Assembly: GCF_026571515.1 (NCBI RefSeq) | Contig: NW_026857808.1 | Location: 1-64,000 of the forward strand | DNA: 64,000 nucleotides | Direction of reading: 5' to 3' | DNA from: Ruditapes philippinarum | Lineage: Eukaryota | Part shown: in pieces, positions 1-10,923 of the stretch | Layout of the letters: every line of letters begins with the position of its first letter | Position numbering within the stretch: position 1 is the first letter of the stretch | Position numbers and translations under genes: made by a program | The notes under the pieces: generated by a model | Told to the model about the DNA's origin: nothing | The model's input: only the letters and a program-made list of their open reading frames with translations | Databases searched by the model: none

Positions 1-906
1 ATTCACCATCAGCTGTGTAAGCCTTTGTAAATGAGTTTAGATTGAAGAAAAAAGAGTTTAAATCACAAACAAATAAAATACAATTGAAAATGGAAAATGT
101 CTCTGGTGCTTGTCTTAAGAGGGGAAAAAAAGAACTTGAATGATATAGTTAAAAAGTCAAAATATGCCAAAAAACTTGAGTATAATTCTATTGACTTTAG
201 ACTAATACTTAACAGAGAGATGCTGGAAGAATTATTCAAGCCATCAGTTGATAAAATCATTAGCAAATTGGTTGAAATACTAGACCAATGTGATGAAAAT
301 GAAATCAAAACAATCATTTTAGTTGGAGGGTACAGTGAATCTCCCTATGTAAGGGAGAAAATTCAGTCAACATTCAGTAACATGAGAGTTATCCTTGTAG
401 ATGATGCAAGACTTGCTGTGTTAAATGGGGCAGTGATGATGGGCTGGAAACCTAAAAACATCATACAACGTAGGTCCAGGTACACTTATGGATTTGAAGT
501 TGGTAAACCATTCAGAGAGGGAATAGATCCAGAAAAACTTAGGTATAATTATGATGGTGACATTTATTGTTCCAGGATATTTCGGAAGATGATAGAAAAA
601 GGTCAGATAGTGGAGTATGGCCAGACATTTATATATAAAGGGTATGGTACAGCCACTACAGCACAAAGAAAATGTATAGTGAGATATGTACATCTATATA
701 GATCTACCCGTGAAGATCCTCAATACTGTATAGAGGAAGAGGACTGTAGCTTAGTAGGAACAATAGAAATTATACCACCATCAGATGGATGGCCAGATGA
801 GTGGGATAGTGATCTACAACTTATTGTTGGTGAGACTGAGTTCACTGTGAAGTACTTTAATCTTGATACAGGAGAAGAATATGAAGCACAAATGGATTTT
901 CTGTAA
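1..906 (+). CDS. HSPA12: HSPA12-like (heat shock 70 kDa protein 12) copy 1, 3' part only; runs off the left edge, with 1-nt indels at ~14-30 and ~100 relative to the paralogs
   Basis: ORF 97-906 has ILVGGYSESP, AVLNGAVMMG and the shared C-terminus EYEAQMDFL. DNA 1-96 aligns to the paralogs only with indels (atggaaaatgTctctggtg vs atggaaaatgctctggtg), so the ATG at 97 is not the true start. Confidence 0.88.
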
Positions 907-1810
907 TTACAAACAGTAGGGACCTAAAGATAGAGATTGATAAACAATTATTGTCTACTACTTGTATTTCTTAAAATGGTCATTCCTTTCACAGGATAAA
1001 GTAGAAGTGATGACTGAGAAAACTTTCAAATGGCCATTTTAACATGACTTAATAGTGATGTTTAAATGGATACTGCAAAATATATTTATTTTATTCTCAC
1101 AGTGTTATATTTTACTTGTAAAGTGTTTTTGAAGAAAAGAACAATGCAATAAAGGATTTACTGTAAACATACCAGTGAGACAGGGTTATTGTTTTTTAAA
1201 GTATTGTATTGTAATATTTCAGTTATCTACCAAGAAACAAGACGTATAAGACTGATTAATGAAAAGAAGAGGGAAATGAGCAGATTTTTTTTCTTCCCAA
1301 ACTTTCCTCCCTATAGAATGAGATTGCCCTGAATAAGTAGATGGATTTTACCTTTTTATCAAATCTTCAAGAAAGAAAAAATATACCCAAAAAGTCACTG
1401 TCCCTGCAAGTTTCTGGCCGATGAGGAAAAATTTGATTAGTAAAATTAGAACCCAAAGTGCACACTTAAAGACAAACAGTTATTTATGTAAGGGCCAATT
1501 TTAACAATAGGGGCAAAGTTTGAACAACTATGGTAGAGGACCTTTAGATGATATTATATACCAAACAAGGGCAACAGTGTCGCAAAATATGCCCGTCACA
1601 AAAGCTTTTGTCAGAGATGTGGGCATTAAAGATATGAATATAGGAGATATGCTCTCAATATCTGGATATTTTATCATCTCTAGTGACCTTGACCTTGCAA
1701 ATATGAACCCACACCATAATGTCACTTGAGTTTGTATGGACAGATGGCAAAGGCAAAAACAATATGTCAACCAAAAATTTTGGGACAGACGTTATTGGCA
1801 AGTCTGAGAT

Positions 1811-2086
1811 TTTGTTTGTTTGTTTTGGGTTTTACGTCACATCGACACAGTATAGGTCATATCGCGACGTTCCAGCTTTACTGGTGGAGGAAGACCTCAG
1901 GTGCCCTTCCGTGCATTATTTCAGGCACGAATGGGTACCTGAGTAGAACCACCGACGTTCCGTAAGCTAGCTGGATAGCTTCCTCACATGAAAGAATCCA
2001 AAGTCCCTGTCGGGATTCAAACCCACAGAGGTGAGGGGCAAGTGGTTTAAAGTCAATGACCGTAACCACTCGGCCATGGACGGGGC
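1811..2086 (-). mobile_element. tRNA-derived SINE, family A (bivalve type), full length
   Basis: Minus strand has A-box TGGCCGAGTGG, B-box-like GGTTTGAATCC and a (CAAA)n tail. TSD GTCTGAGAT at 1802-1810 and 2087-2095. Near-identical copies at 49686 and 57343. Confidence 0.9.
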
Positions 2087-2380
2087 GTCTGAGATACATG
2101 GTCGAATTTAGCACAGACTTATATAGCAAATAATAAAAGTGTTCTAGAACAAAATACTTTTCACCACATAAATGTTCATATTAAATCACTTAGACCTTGA
2201 ATAGCATTTTTTTTGCAAAGAAATATTATATAAGAAAATCCTGATATCCAAATGATACATTTCTATTGTTCTGACTTATTGATAATACATTGTACATGTG
2301 TATATGATTTACTAAATTCTAACCACCTTTGTTTAAGCAACAGCAAAAGTAAGTTCATTTTATTTTGGATCTTCCTTCGT

Positions 2381-2515
2381 ATTCTCATTGCTGTATAGAG
2401 GAGGATTGACTCCTTGTTAGAAAGGAGAACAATTATACCACTATCAGATGGATGACAAGATATGTGGGGTTCTGATCTAAACAATACTGTTGGTGTGACT
2501 GAGTTCACTATGAAA
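2381..2515 (+). pseudogene. Orphan degenerate fragment of the HSPA12 C-terminal coding region
   Basis: Aligns to YCIEEEDCSLVG..PPSDGWPD.WD.DL..IVGETEFTVK codons (ctgtatagaggag, ccactatcagatggatg, tgttggtgtgactgagttcactatgaaa) with stops and indels. Confidence 0.85.
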
Positions 2516-3712
2516 CAAGAGCCATGTCAAAATGGCCATCCCCCGCCGAATGTGTTTGCTCATTTGAAGAATGTATATGTAGTAGAGCAGAATAATTCCA
2601 TTTTAAGAGGTCTTTTGGTAATGAAAACTGATGGCTATAGTGATTACAGATTTTAAACCTATGTGAATACTGATGGCTGAAAATAACAAAGGGCAATAAC
2701 TGAAAAATAATGCAGGGTAGGTTATCATCCTTGTGTGCTGCATCCCTCCTCAGTAAAATCTATCCACCTATTGAAGTTTCAAGTTGATACCTCAAATACT
2801 TTTGAGAAAAAAATTGAATTGAAAAATTAAGTTTGAAAAATAACAAAGGGCAATAACTCAAAAATTATAAAAGGTACAGTTATCATTCTTGTGCAGTGCA
2901 CACCTCCTGAGTGAGATCTATGCACCTGTGAAGTTTCATTTTTGATATCTCAAAGGCTTTTTTGAGTTTTATGCTCTGGACAAAAATTAATTTTGAAAAA
3001 TAACAAAGGGCAATAACTCAAAAATAATGCAGGGCAGAGTTATCATTCTTTAGCACTGCACTCCTCCTCAATGAGATCCATCCACCTATGAAGTTTCAAG
3101 ATGATACCTCAAATACTTTTTCAGATAAGCTCTGGACAAAAATAGCATGAAAAAAAAAACAAAGGGCAATAACTCAAAAAATTGTATAGGGAAGAGTTTA
3201 TCATTCTTGCGCACAACATTTCTCCTCAATAAGATCTATCCTTCTATGACATTTCATGTTGATATCTCAAACACTTTTTGAGTTATGCTCCACTCAGGTG
3301 AAAAATTAGGTATGAAAAATAACAAAGGGCAATAACTCAAAAATTATGAAAGGAAGAGTTATCATTCTTGTGCACTGCACACCTCCTGAGTGAGATCTAT
3401 GCACCTATGAAGTTTCATGTTAATATCTCATAGGCTTTTGGAGTTATGCTCTGGACAAAAATCAATTTTGAAAAATAACAAAGGGCAATAACTCAAAAAT
3501 CATGCAAGGTGGAGTTATCATTCTTGTGCACTGCACTCCTCCTCAATGAGGTCTATCCACCTATGAAGTTTCAAGTTGATAACTCAAATACTTTTAGAGA
3601 TATGCTCCGGACAAAAATTTCGGACGGAAGGACGGACGGACGGAAGGACGGACGGACGGTCGGACGGAGACTATTACTATATCCTCCGCCGAAAATTATC
3701 GGCGGGGGATAA
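2516..3712. mobile_element. HINE/pearl-like non-autonomous Helentron-type element with 6 x ~158-bp internal tandem repeats
   Basis: 5' CAAGAG start; subterminal IR ATCCCCCGCCGA (2538-2549) / TCGGCGGGGGAT (3699-3710). Monomer AACAAAGGGCAATAACT at ~2684, 2842, 3002, 3158, 3321 and 3477. (GGAC)n microsatellite ~3622-3668 and a 3' hairpin. The empty site is in the paralogous spacer at 18099/18100. Confidence 0.88.
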
Positions 3713-4386
3713 TAACAGAACAATGTTCTTTTGCTTTGTATCTCAAATTTTACAATAATTAGACTGTTTACAATGAAAATAAAACATAAATTTGAAAAAG
3801 TCATAGTGACACCTGCCATAATGAAAAGAGCTATGTTCTATGTAAACATATATTAACACATATTTTTTTGCATGGTATTATTTTTTCAATGATATTTAAA
3901 CATTTTTTTTTCATAAAAAAATTGTTTTATTGCATTTTAACCCAAAATAGGCCAAAAATATCCTTATCGCTATTACAAGCCATTCAGGTGAATTCCCCAA
4001 AGCTATGTACAGAAAGAAATGAAAATCGATGTTTAGCTAGGTTTTCAAGTTGGTGATTTGATTTAAATCAATGAAATTGTTTGTTAAAATCACTTCGGTT
4101 AAACTGATCAATTTGCTCTTGGAGAAAAAGATTTTGAGTGTCCCAGTGAGATAACAGCTATATACTTCATATCTTCTTTCCAAATTAATCTTTAAGCTGA
4201 CACAGTGGGTGAATGAAAATCAATATGTACATGCAAGGCACAAGTCTAAATTGAAGTGGTAACATTTTTGAGAAATAGGATAATGGTAAGTGAATATTAA
4301 TTAAAATCTTTATGAAATGTTACAAATAATAATAATAAATCAGCATTTTTCTAATCAATTATTCTTCACTCTTAACCTATCTTTGA

Positions 4387-4873
4387 AGAAGCTCCAATGT
4401 GGTCTAAAGCCTAAAATTTGAAATTTTAACATACATCAAGTGAAGCACTTAGAATTGAAGTATTTTCAAAGGATAATAGAGAATGTGTTGAGAATTAAAT
4501 TTTTTGTGTGTTTGTGTGATTATTAGTACGACTGTCAGTGTTTATTCTAGGATTTAAAAAAAACAGGGGGGGGGGGGGGTTGTCGAAAAGTAAGAATTCA
4601 TTACATTTGTTAATCTTTTGCCTTCTTTCTCTATGTAAAAATTTCCCTCTGCCTCTGAAAAATTAGTGGGGGAATTCTCAAAAATATGGGTGAATACCCC
4701 CATCGCCCCTCCAACAATAGACAAAATTAATATCAATTTTGAAAAGAGAGGGAATGATCTGAAAATATGAACAAAAGTTATTGTTCCAGACCTACATAAA
4801 CTTTAAATGATACACAAATTTCAGAAACAATATTTCTAGTCCAGTCTTGTCAAAAAACCTCAATCAAGTCCCT
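4387..4873. mobile_element. Old Kolobok-like MITE present in every HSPA12 spacer (also ~8566-8810, ~18820-19133, ~24893-25197)
   Basis: The best-preserved copy reads TTAA|AGGAGCTCCA ... TGGAGTCCCT|TTAA (24889-25201): AG..CT termini and a TTAA target. Confidence 0.55.
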
Positions 4874-5175
4874 TTAAAATCTATCAAAATTAATACTGTT
4901 GAAATATTTGCAATAGATTTTCATTATTACAGTATATTACAATAACAAAAGATGACAAAAAGATTTTTTCCTTTTCTTTTTAAGATTAATTCACTACTGA
5001 GATCTCCGATGAACACTTTAACAATGCTACAACAGTCATGAGCACAGTCCTACAACTAACAAATGAATCAACAAAACACTGTAAGACACAAGACAGAGTT
5101 TCAAAATAAACCCAGATACAAAAATCAACTGGAAAATTAGTTAAGATAAGCTGGTAATGTAAAACTGTAACAAGT

Positions 5176-7125
5176 ATGGGAGCAGCCATACAACCAACAG
5201 CAAGACAACAAACTAAACAAAGTAATGAAAGCAGACAAACAGAATCTCAGGATTCTCTACATCAGGATAATGTGGACAAGCCACTTGTACAACCAACAGC
5301 TAGACGAAAAACTGAACAGAGTAATGAAAGCAGACAAACAGAATCTCAGGATTCTCTACATGAGGATGAAGTGGACAAGCCACTTGTTGTAAAACCAACA
5401 GCAAGACGAAAAACTGAAGATAGCAATGAAAGCAGACAGAAGCTTCTTGTTGTTGTAGCCATAGATTTTGGAACAGTCCATTCTGGGTTTGCATATTCCT
5501 TTAAGGGAAATGAAAACAACATTAAGTCAGCAGAACATGGAGGAATACTGCAGGAAGATAGAGTACCTACAATACTGTTATTAAATCCAGATAAAACATT
5601 TCATTCATTTGGATACAAAGCACAGATTGATTTTCATGAGCTTTCTGCATGTGACAGATCCAAATTTTACTTCTTTGAAAACTTTAAAATGAAAATATAT
5701 CAAGAAAGTAAAATTGAAAGAGAAATGGGAGTAAAAGATATTTCTGGTAAACCACTTGAAGCTATGATAGTTTTTTCAATAGCAATAAATCATCTAAAAG
5801 ATGAAGCATCAAAGATAGTTTTAGATTCAAAACTTGAATTAAAGGACACTGACATTCATTGGATGATAACAATTCCAGCAATATCATCTGACTCTGCACG
5901 TCAGTTTATGAGAGAATCTTCAACAAAAGCAGGAATTCCAGAGACACATCTTCGACTTGTTCTAGAGTCTGAAGCAGCAGCTTTTTACAGTACACCACGA
6001 ATAATGACAGAAGAAATACCATGTGGGTTTATGTATGTACTTGCTGATTTAGGTGGAGGGACAACAGACATATGTGCTCATAAAATAATAGATGGTGGCA
6101 AAATACAAGAAATATACCGAACAACAGGAGAAGCCTCTGGTGGCAGTGATGTTGATGAATGTTTTATTAACATGATGGAAACTTTAATAGGAAAAAAGGT
6201 TTGGGATGAATTCTCAACTACTCACCCATCAGCTTGTGTGAGCCTTGTTAATGAGTTTAGATTGAAGAAAAAAGAGTTTAAATCACAAACAAATAATATA
6301 CAATTGAAAATGGAAAATGCTCTGGTGCATGTATTAACAGGGGAAAAAAAGAACTTGAATGATATAGTTAAAAAGTCAAAATATGTCAGAAAACTTGAGT
6401 ATAATTCTATGGACGCTAGACTTACAATCAACAGAGAGATGCTGGAAGAATTATTCAAGCCATCAGTTGATAAAATCATTAGCAAATTGGTTGAAATACT
6501 AGACCAATGTGATGAAAATGAAATCAAAACAATCATTTTAGTAGAAGGATACAGTGAATCTCCCTATGTAAGGGAGAGAATTCAGTCATCATTCTGTAAC
6601 ATGAGAGTTATCCTTGTAGATGATGCTAGACTTGCTGTGTTAAATGGGGCAGTGATGATGGGCTGGAAACCTAAAAACATCATACAACGTAGGTCCAGGT
6701 ACACTTATGGATTTTATATTGCAGAACCATTCAGAGAGGGAATACATCCAGAACAACTTAGGGTTAATCATGATAGTTACATTTATTGTGGCATGATATT
6801 TGAGAAGATGATAGAAAAAGGTCAGATAGTGGAGTATGGACAGACATTTATATCTGGAGGGTATGATAATGCCACTACAGTAGAAGGAAAACGTGAAGAG
6901 AGACATGTACGTCTATATAGATCTACCCGTGAAGATCCTCAATACTGTATAGAGGAGGAGGACTGTAGCTTAGTAGGAAGAGTAAAACTTTTACCACCAT
7001 CAGATGGATGGCCAGATGATTGGTATAGCCAGGTACACCTTATTGTTGGTGAAACTGAGTTCACTGTTAAGTATTTTAATCTTAAAACAGGACAAGAATA
7101 TGAAGCACAAATGGATTTTCTGTAA
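5176..7125 (+). CDS. HSPA12: HSPA12-like copy 2, intact single-exon CDS, 649 aa
   Basis: HSP70/HSPA12 NBD motifs VVAIDFGT, FENFKMKIY, WMITIPA, RQFMRE, LESEAAA, ADLGGGTTD and ILVEGYSES. No EEVD or KDEL terminus. N-terminal ~33-aa repeats. Confidence 0.93.
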   Translation: MGAAIQPTARQQTKQSNESRQTESQDSLHQDNVDKPLVQPTARRKTEQSNESRQTESQDSLHEDEVDKPLVVKPTARRKTEDSNESRQKLLVVVAIDFGTVHSGFAYSFKGNENNIKSAEHGGILQEDRVPTILLLNPDKTFHSFGYKAQIDFHELSACDRSKFYFFENFKMKIYQESKIEREMGVKDISGKPLEAMIVFSIAINHLKDEASKIVLDSKLELKDTDIHWMITIPAISSDSARQFMRESSTKAGIPETHLRLVLESEAAAFYSTPRIMTEEIPCGFMYVLADLGGGTTDICAHKIIDGGKIQEIYRTTGEASGGSDVDECFINMMETLIGKKVWDEFSTTHPSACVSLVNEFRLKKKEFKSQTNNIQLKMENALVHVLTGEKKNLNDIVKKSKYVRKLEYNSMDARLTINREMLEELFKPSVDKIISKLVEILDQCDENEIKTIILVEGYSESPYVRERIQSSFCNMRVILVDDARLAVLNGAVMMGWKPKNIIQRRSRYTYGFYIAEPFREGIHPEQLRVNHDSYIYCGMIFEKMIEKGQIVEYGQTFISGGYDNATTVEGKREERHVRLYRSTREDPQYCIEEEDCSLVGRVKLLPPSDGWPDDWYSQVHLIVGETEFTVKYFNLKTGQEYEAQMDFL

Positions 7126-7642
7126 TTACAAACAGTAGGGACCTAAAGATCAAGATTGATAAACAATTGTTGTCTACTACTTTTATTTCCTAAAATGGTC
7201 ATTCTTTTCATAGGAAAAAAAGTAGAAGTGATGAAGTAACTGAGAAAACTTTGAAATGGCCATTTTAACATGACTTGATAGTGATGTTCAAAAAGGATAC
7301 TGCAAAACATATTTATTTTATTCTCACAAGTACAGTGTTATATTTATTCTTTGTAATGTGTTAATGGAGGTAAAGAACAATACAATAAAGGATTTACAGT
7401 AGAGTAGACATACATCATACGGAGTTATTGTTTCCTTAAAAACTTCATTGTGATACTTTTCAGTTATATACCAAGAAACAAGGCGTATAAGACTGGTTAA
7501 TGAAAAGAAGAGGGAAATGAGCAGATTTTTTTCTTCACAATCTTTCCTCTCTACAGAATGGGATTGCCTTGAATAAGTAAAGAAAAGGAATTATAATTGA
7601 TTTTACCATTTTATAATGTCTTCAAGAAAGAAATAATGTACT

Positions 7643-8191
7643 AACTGTTAATTATGTCAATTTATGAATAAAAATATCTAAACATCATAAATACCCATAG
7701 TAATATTTTTCACACTTCTATTCACGCTGATCAAAAGATGCATACTTTACTATTGTTGCACATTATATTTGTTTGCACATCACCAAGTGAGTATCAATTA
7801 CTTTTTTTGCAGTGACAACGATAAATAAATAAGAATGTGTTTATGCAAATGTTATAGGTAGAGTTATATGACTTAGACCTTGATGTATTTAAAATGTTTG
7901 TTTTGAAATAAATACAAATAGTCTTGCCACTGCTTTCTTTTTTTTGTCCAACTTTTTACCTCGGCTCCCTTGCAGTTGTAATTTATCTTTGCTATGGTGA
8001 TATCTGTGATACATAAAACAAAATAGTCCACCAGGACCATGGCGACATGTTATGATAAGATTAGCAGCAGAATTTTAATAATGTTTTGTCCAAAGAATGT
8101 GCCACATAAATAAAGTTGGCAGAAATAAAAGCATACCAAAATTGGGAAAAAACGCAGAATTTGGAGCCCACAGAAATAACCATTTATACGG
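7643..8191. mobile_element. Right part of a TA-target (Tc1/mariner-like) MITE; the left part of a paralogous copy is at 22913-~23725
   Basis: Ends ...ATACGG|TA followed by gtattttttgccaatc. The paralog starts caa TA|CTGTGG at 22913. The empty site aaa TA gtatttttggcaatc is at 24528-24529. Confidence 0.65.
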
Positions 8192-9122
8192 TAGTATTTT
8201 TTGCCAATCAAGACAAAGGTTTTATACAAATTATGAACACCTTTACATTTTGAAGCCAAGATTAAATTCATCTTATTTTAAATCTGAAACAATAACACAG
8301 AGCTATAGAATTCATATCTATAGAGCCTTTCAACTAAATCTTTAAGTTAAAACAGTGGATGAAGGTAAATCAATATGTAAATGCATGGCACAAGTCTAAA
8401 TTAAAGTTGTAACATTTTTGTGAAACAGGATAATTACAAGGAGTAATGGTAAGTGAATATTAAATAAAATCTTTTTTAACAGAAATCTTTTTGAAATGTT
8501 AAAATCTATAATAATAAATCAGCATTTTTCTAATCAATTATTCTTCACTTTTGACCTATCATTAAAGGAGCTCCAATGTGGTCTAAAGCCTAATAAATAA
8601 AATTTAGAATTTTAACATACATCAAGTGAAGCACTTAAAATTTAAACATATGCGTAGGAAAATAAAGACTGTGTTGAGAATTAAACTAATGAAAATTTTG
8701 TGTCTGATTATAAGCATGATTGTTATGCATAAAATACAAATATTATGATGTGAAACTATGCACACAAGATTTTTGTCGAGTTATGTCAAAAAACATCACT
8801 GGAGTTCCCTTTATATCTATCAAAATTAACACTCTTAAAATATTTGCAATAAAACTGTCAATATTACAGTATAATACAATAACAAAAGATGACAAAAGAT
8901 ATTTTCCTTTCTATTTAGATAAATTCACTACTGAGAGCTCCACTGAACACTTTATCAATGCTACAACAGTCATGAGCACAGTCCTTCAACTAACAATAAT
9001 TCAACAAAACACTGTAAGCAAGAGAAAAAACATCAAGACAGAGTTTCAAAATAAACCCAGATACAAAAATCAACTGGAAAATTAGTTAAGATAAGCTGGT
9101 AATGTAAAAAACTGTAACAAGT

Positions 9123-10923
9123 ATGGGAGCAACCATACAACCAACAGTTAGACAAGAAACTGAACAGAGTACTGAAAGCAGACAAAAGGAATCTCAGGAT
9201 TCTCTACATGAGGATGAAGTGGACAAGCCTCTTGTTGTAGTAGCCATAGATTTTGGAACAGTCCATTCAGGGTTTGCATATTCCTTTAAGGGAAATGAAG
9301 ACAACATAAAGTCAGCAGATCATGGAGGAATGCTGAAGGAAGATAGAGTACCTACAGTATTGTTATTAAATCCAGACAAAACATTCCATTCATTTGGATA
9401 CAAAGCACAGACTGATTTTCATGACCTTTCTCAATGTGACAGATCCAAATTTTACTACTTTGAAAACTTTAAAATGAAAATATATCAAGAAAGTAAAATT
9501 GTAAGAGAAATGGTAGTTAAAGATATTTCTGGTAAACCACTTGAAGCTATGAACATTTTTTCAATAGCAATAAAACATCTAAAAGATGAAGCATCAAAGA
9601 TAGTTTTTGTATCAATACTTGGTCTGAAAGAAACTGACAAATTCAATGGATGATCACAATTCCAGCAATTTCATTCTGACTCAGCACGTCAGTTTCATGA
9701 GAGAAGCTTCGACAAAAGCAGGAATTCCAGAAACACATTCTTCGACTTGTTCTTGAGTCTGAGGCAGCAGCTTTATACAGTACACCACGAATAATGACAG
9801 AAGCAATACCATTGTGGGTTTATGTACATGTCTTGCTGATTTAGGTGGAGGGACAACAGACATATGTGCTCATAAAATAATAGATGGTGGCAAAATACAA
9901 GAAAATATACCGAACAACAGGAGAGAAGCCTCTGGTGGCAGTGATGTTGATGATTTGTTTTTATTAACATGATGGAAAACTTTAGTAGGAAAAAAGGTAT
10001 GGGTGAATTCTCAACTACCTACCCATCAGCGTGTGTAAGCCTTGTTAATGAATTTAGACTGAAGAAGAGAGAGTTTAAATCACAAACAAATAAAATACAA
10101 TTGAAAATGGAAAATGCTCTGGTGCATGTCATAAGAGGGAAAAAAAAGAACTTGAATGATATAGTTAAAAAGTCAAAACCATGTAAGAAAACTTGAGTAT
10201 AATTCTATGGAGGCTAGACTTACAATCAACAGAGAGATGCTGGAAGAATTATTCAAGCCATCAGTTGATAAAATCATTAGCAAGTTGGTTGAAGTACTAG
10301 ACCAATGTGATGAAAATGAAATGAAAACAATCATTTTAGTTGGAGGATACAGTGAATCTCCCTATGTAAGGGAGAGAATTCAGTCAACATTCAGTAACAT
10401 GAGAGTTATCCTTGTAGATGATGCTAGACTGGCGGTGTTAAATGGGGCAGTGATAATGGGCTGGAAACCTAAAAACATCATACAACGTAGGTCCAGGTAC
10501 ACTTATGGATTTGTGATTAGACAACCATTCAGAGTCGGAGAAGATCCAAAACAACTTAGGGTTAATTGTGATGGGGTCATTTATTGTGACATGATATTTA
10601 AGAAAATGATAGAAAAAGGTCAGATAGTGGAGTATGGACAGACATTTATATTTCAAGGGTATGATTCAGCCACTTCAGCAGGACAAAAACGCAAAGTGAA
10701 AAATGTACATCTATATAGATCTACCCAAAAAGATCCTCATTACTGTAGAGAGGAGGAGGACTGTAGCTTAGTAGGAACAGTAAAAACTAAACCACCATCA
10801 GATGGATGGCCAGATATGTGGGACTTTGATCTACAACTTATTGTTGGTGAAACTGAGTTCACTGTGAAGTGTTTAAATCTTAAAACAGGACAAGAATATG
10901 AAGCACAAATGGATTTTCTGTAA
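9123..10923 (+). pseudogene. HSPA12: HSPA12-like copy 3, broken by ~12 small indels in 9638-10190 (pseudogene or assembly error)
   Basis: ORFs 9123-9653, 9969-10196 and 10207-10923 are consecutive pieces of one protein. Indels are mostly +1/+2 homopolymer extensions relative to copies 2, 4 and 5. Confidence 0.9.

Noticed and set aside
1719-2129. Recurrent ORFs with STQYRSY.D.PALLVEEDLRCPSVHYFR (also 49634, 57344)
   Set aside because: Translations of SINE sequence, not proteins.
2140-2150. Heat-shock element GTTCTAGAAC (also ~17765)
   Set aside because: Only two nGAAn units, 2-3 kb from any ATG; expected by chance.
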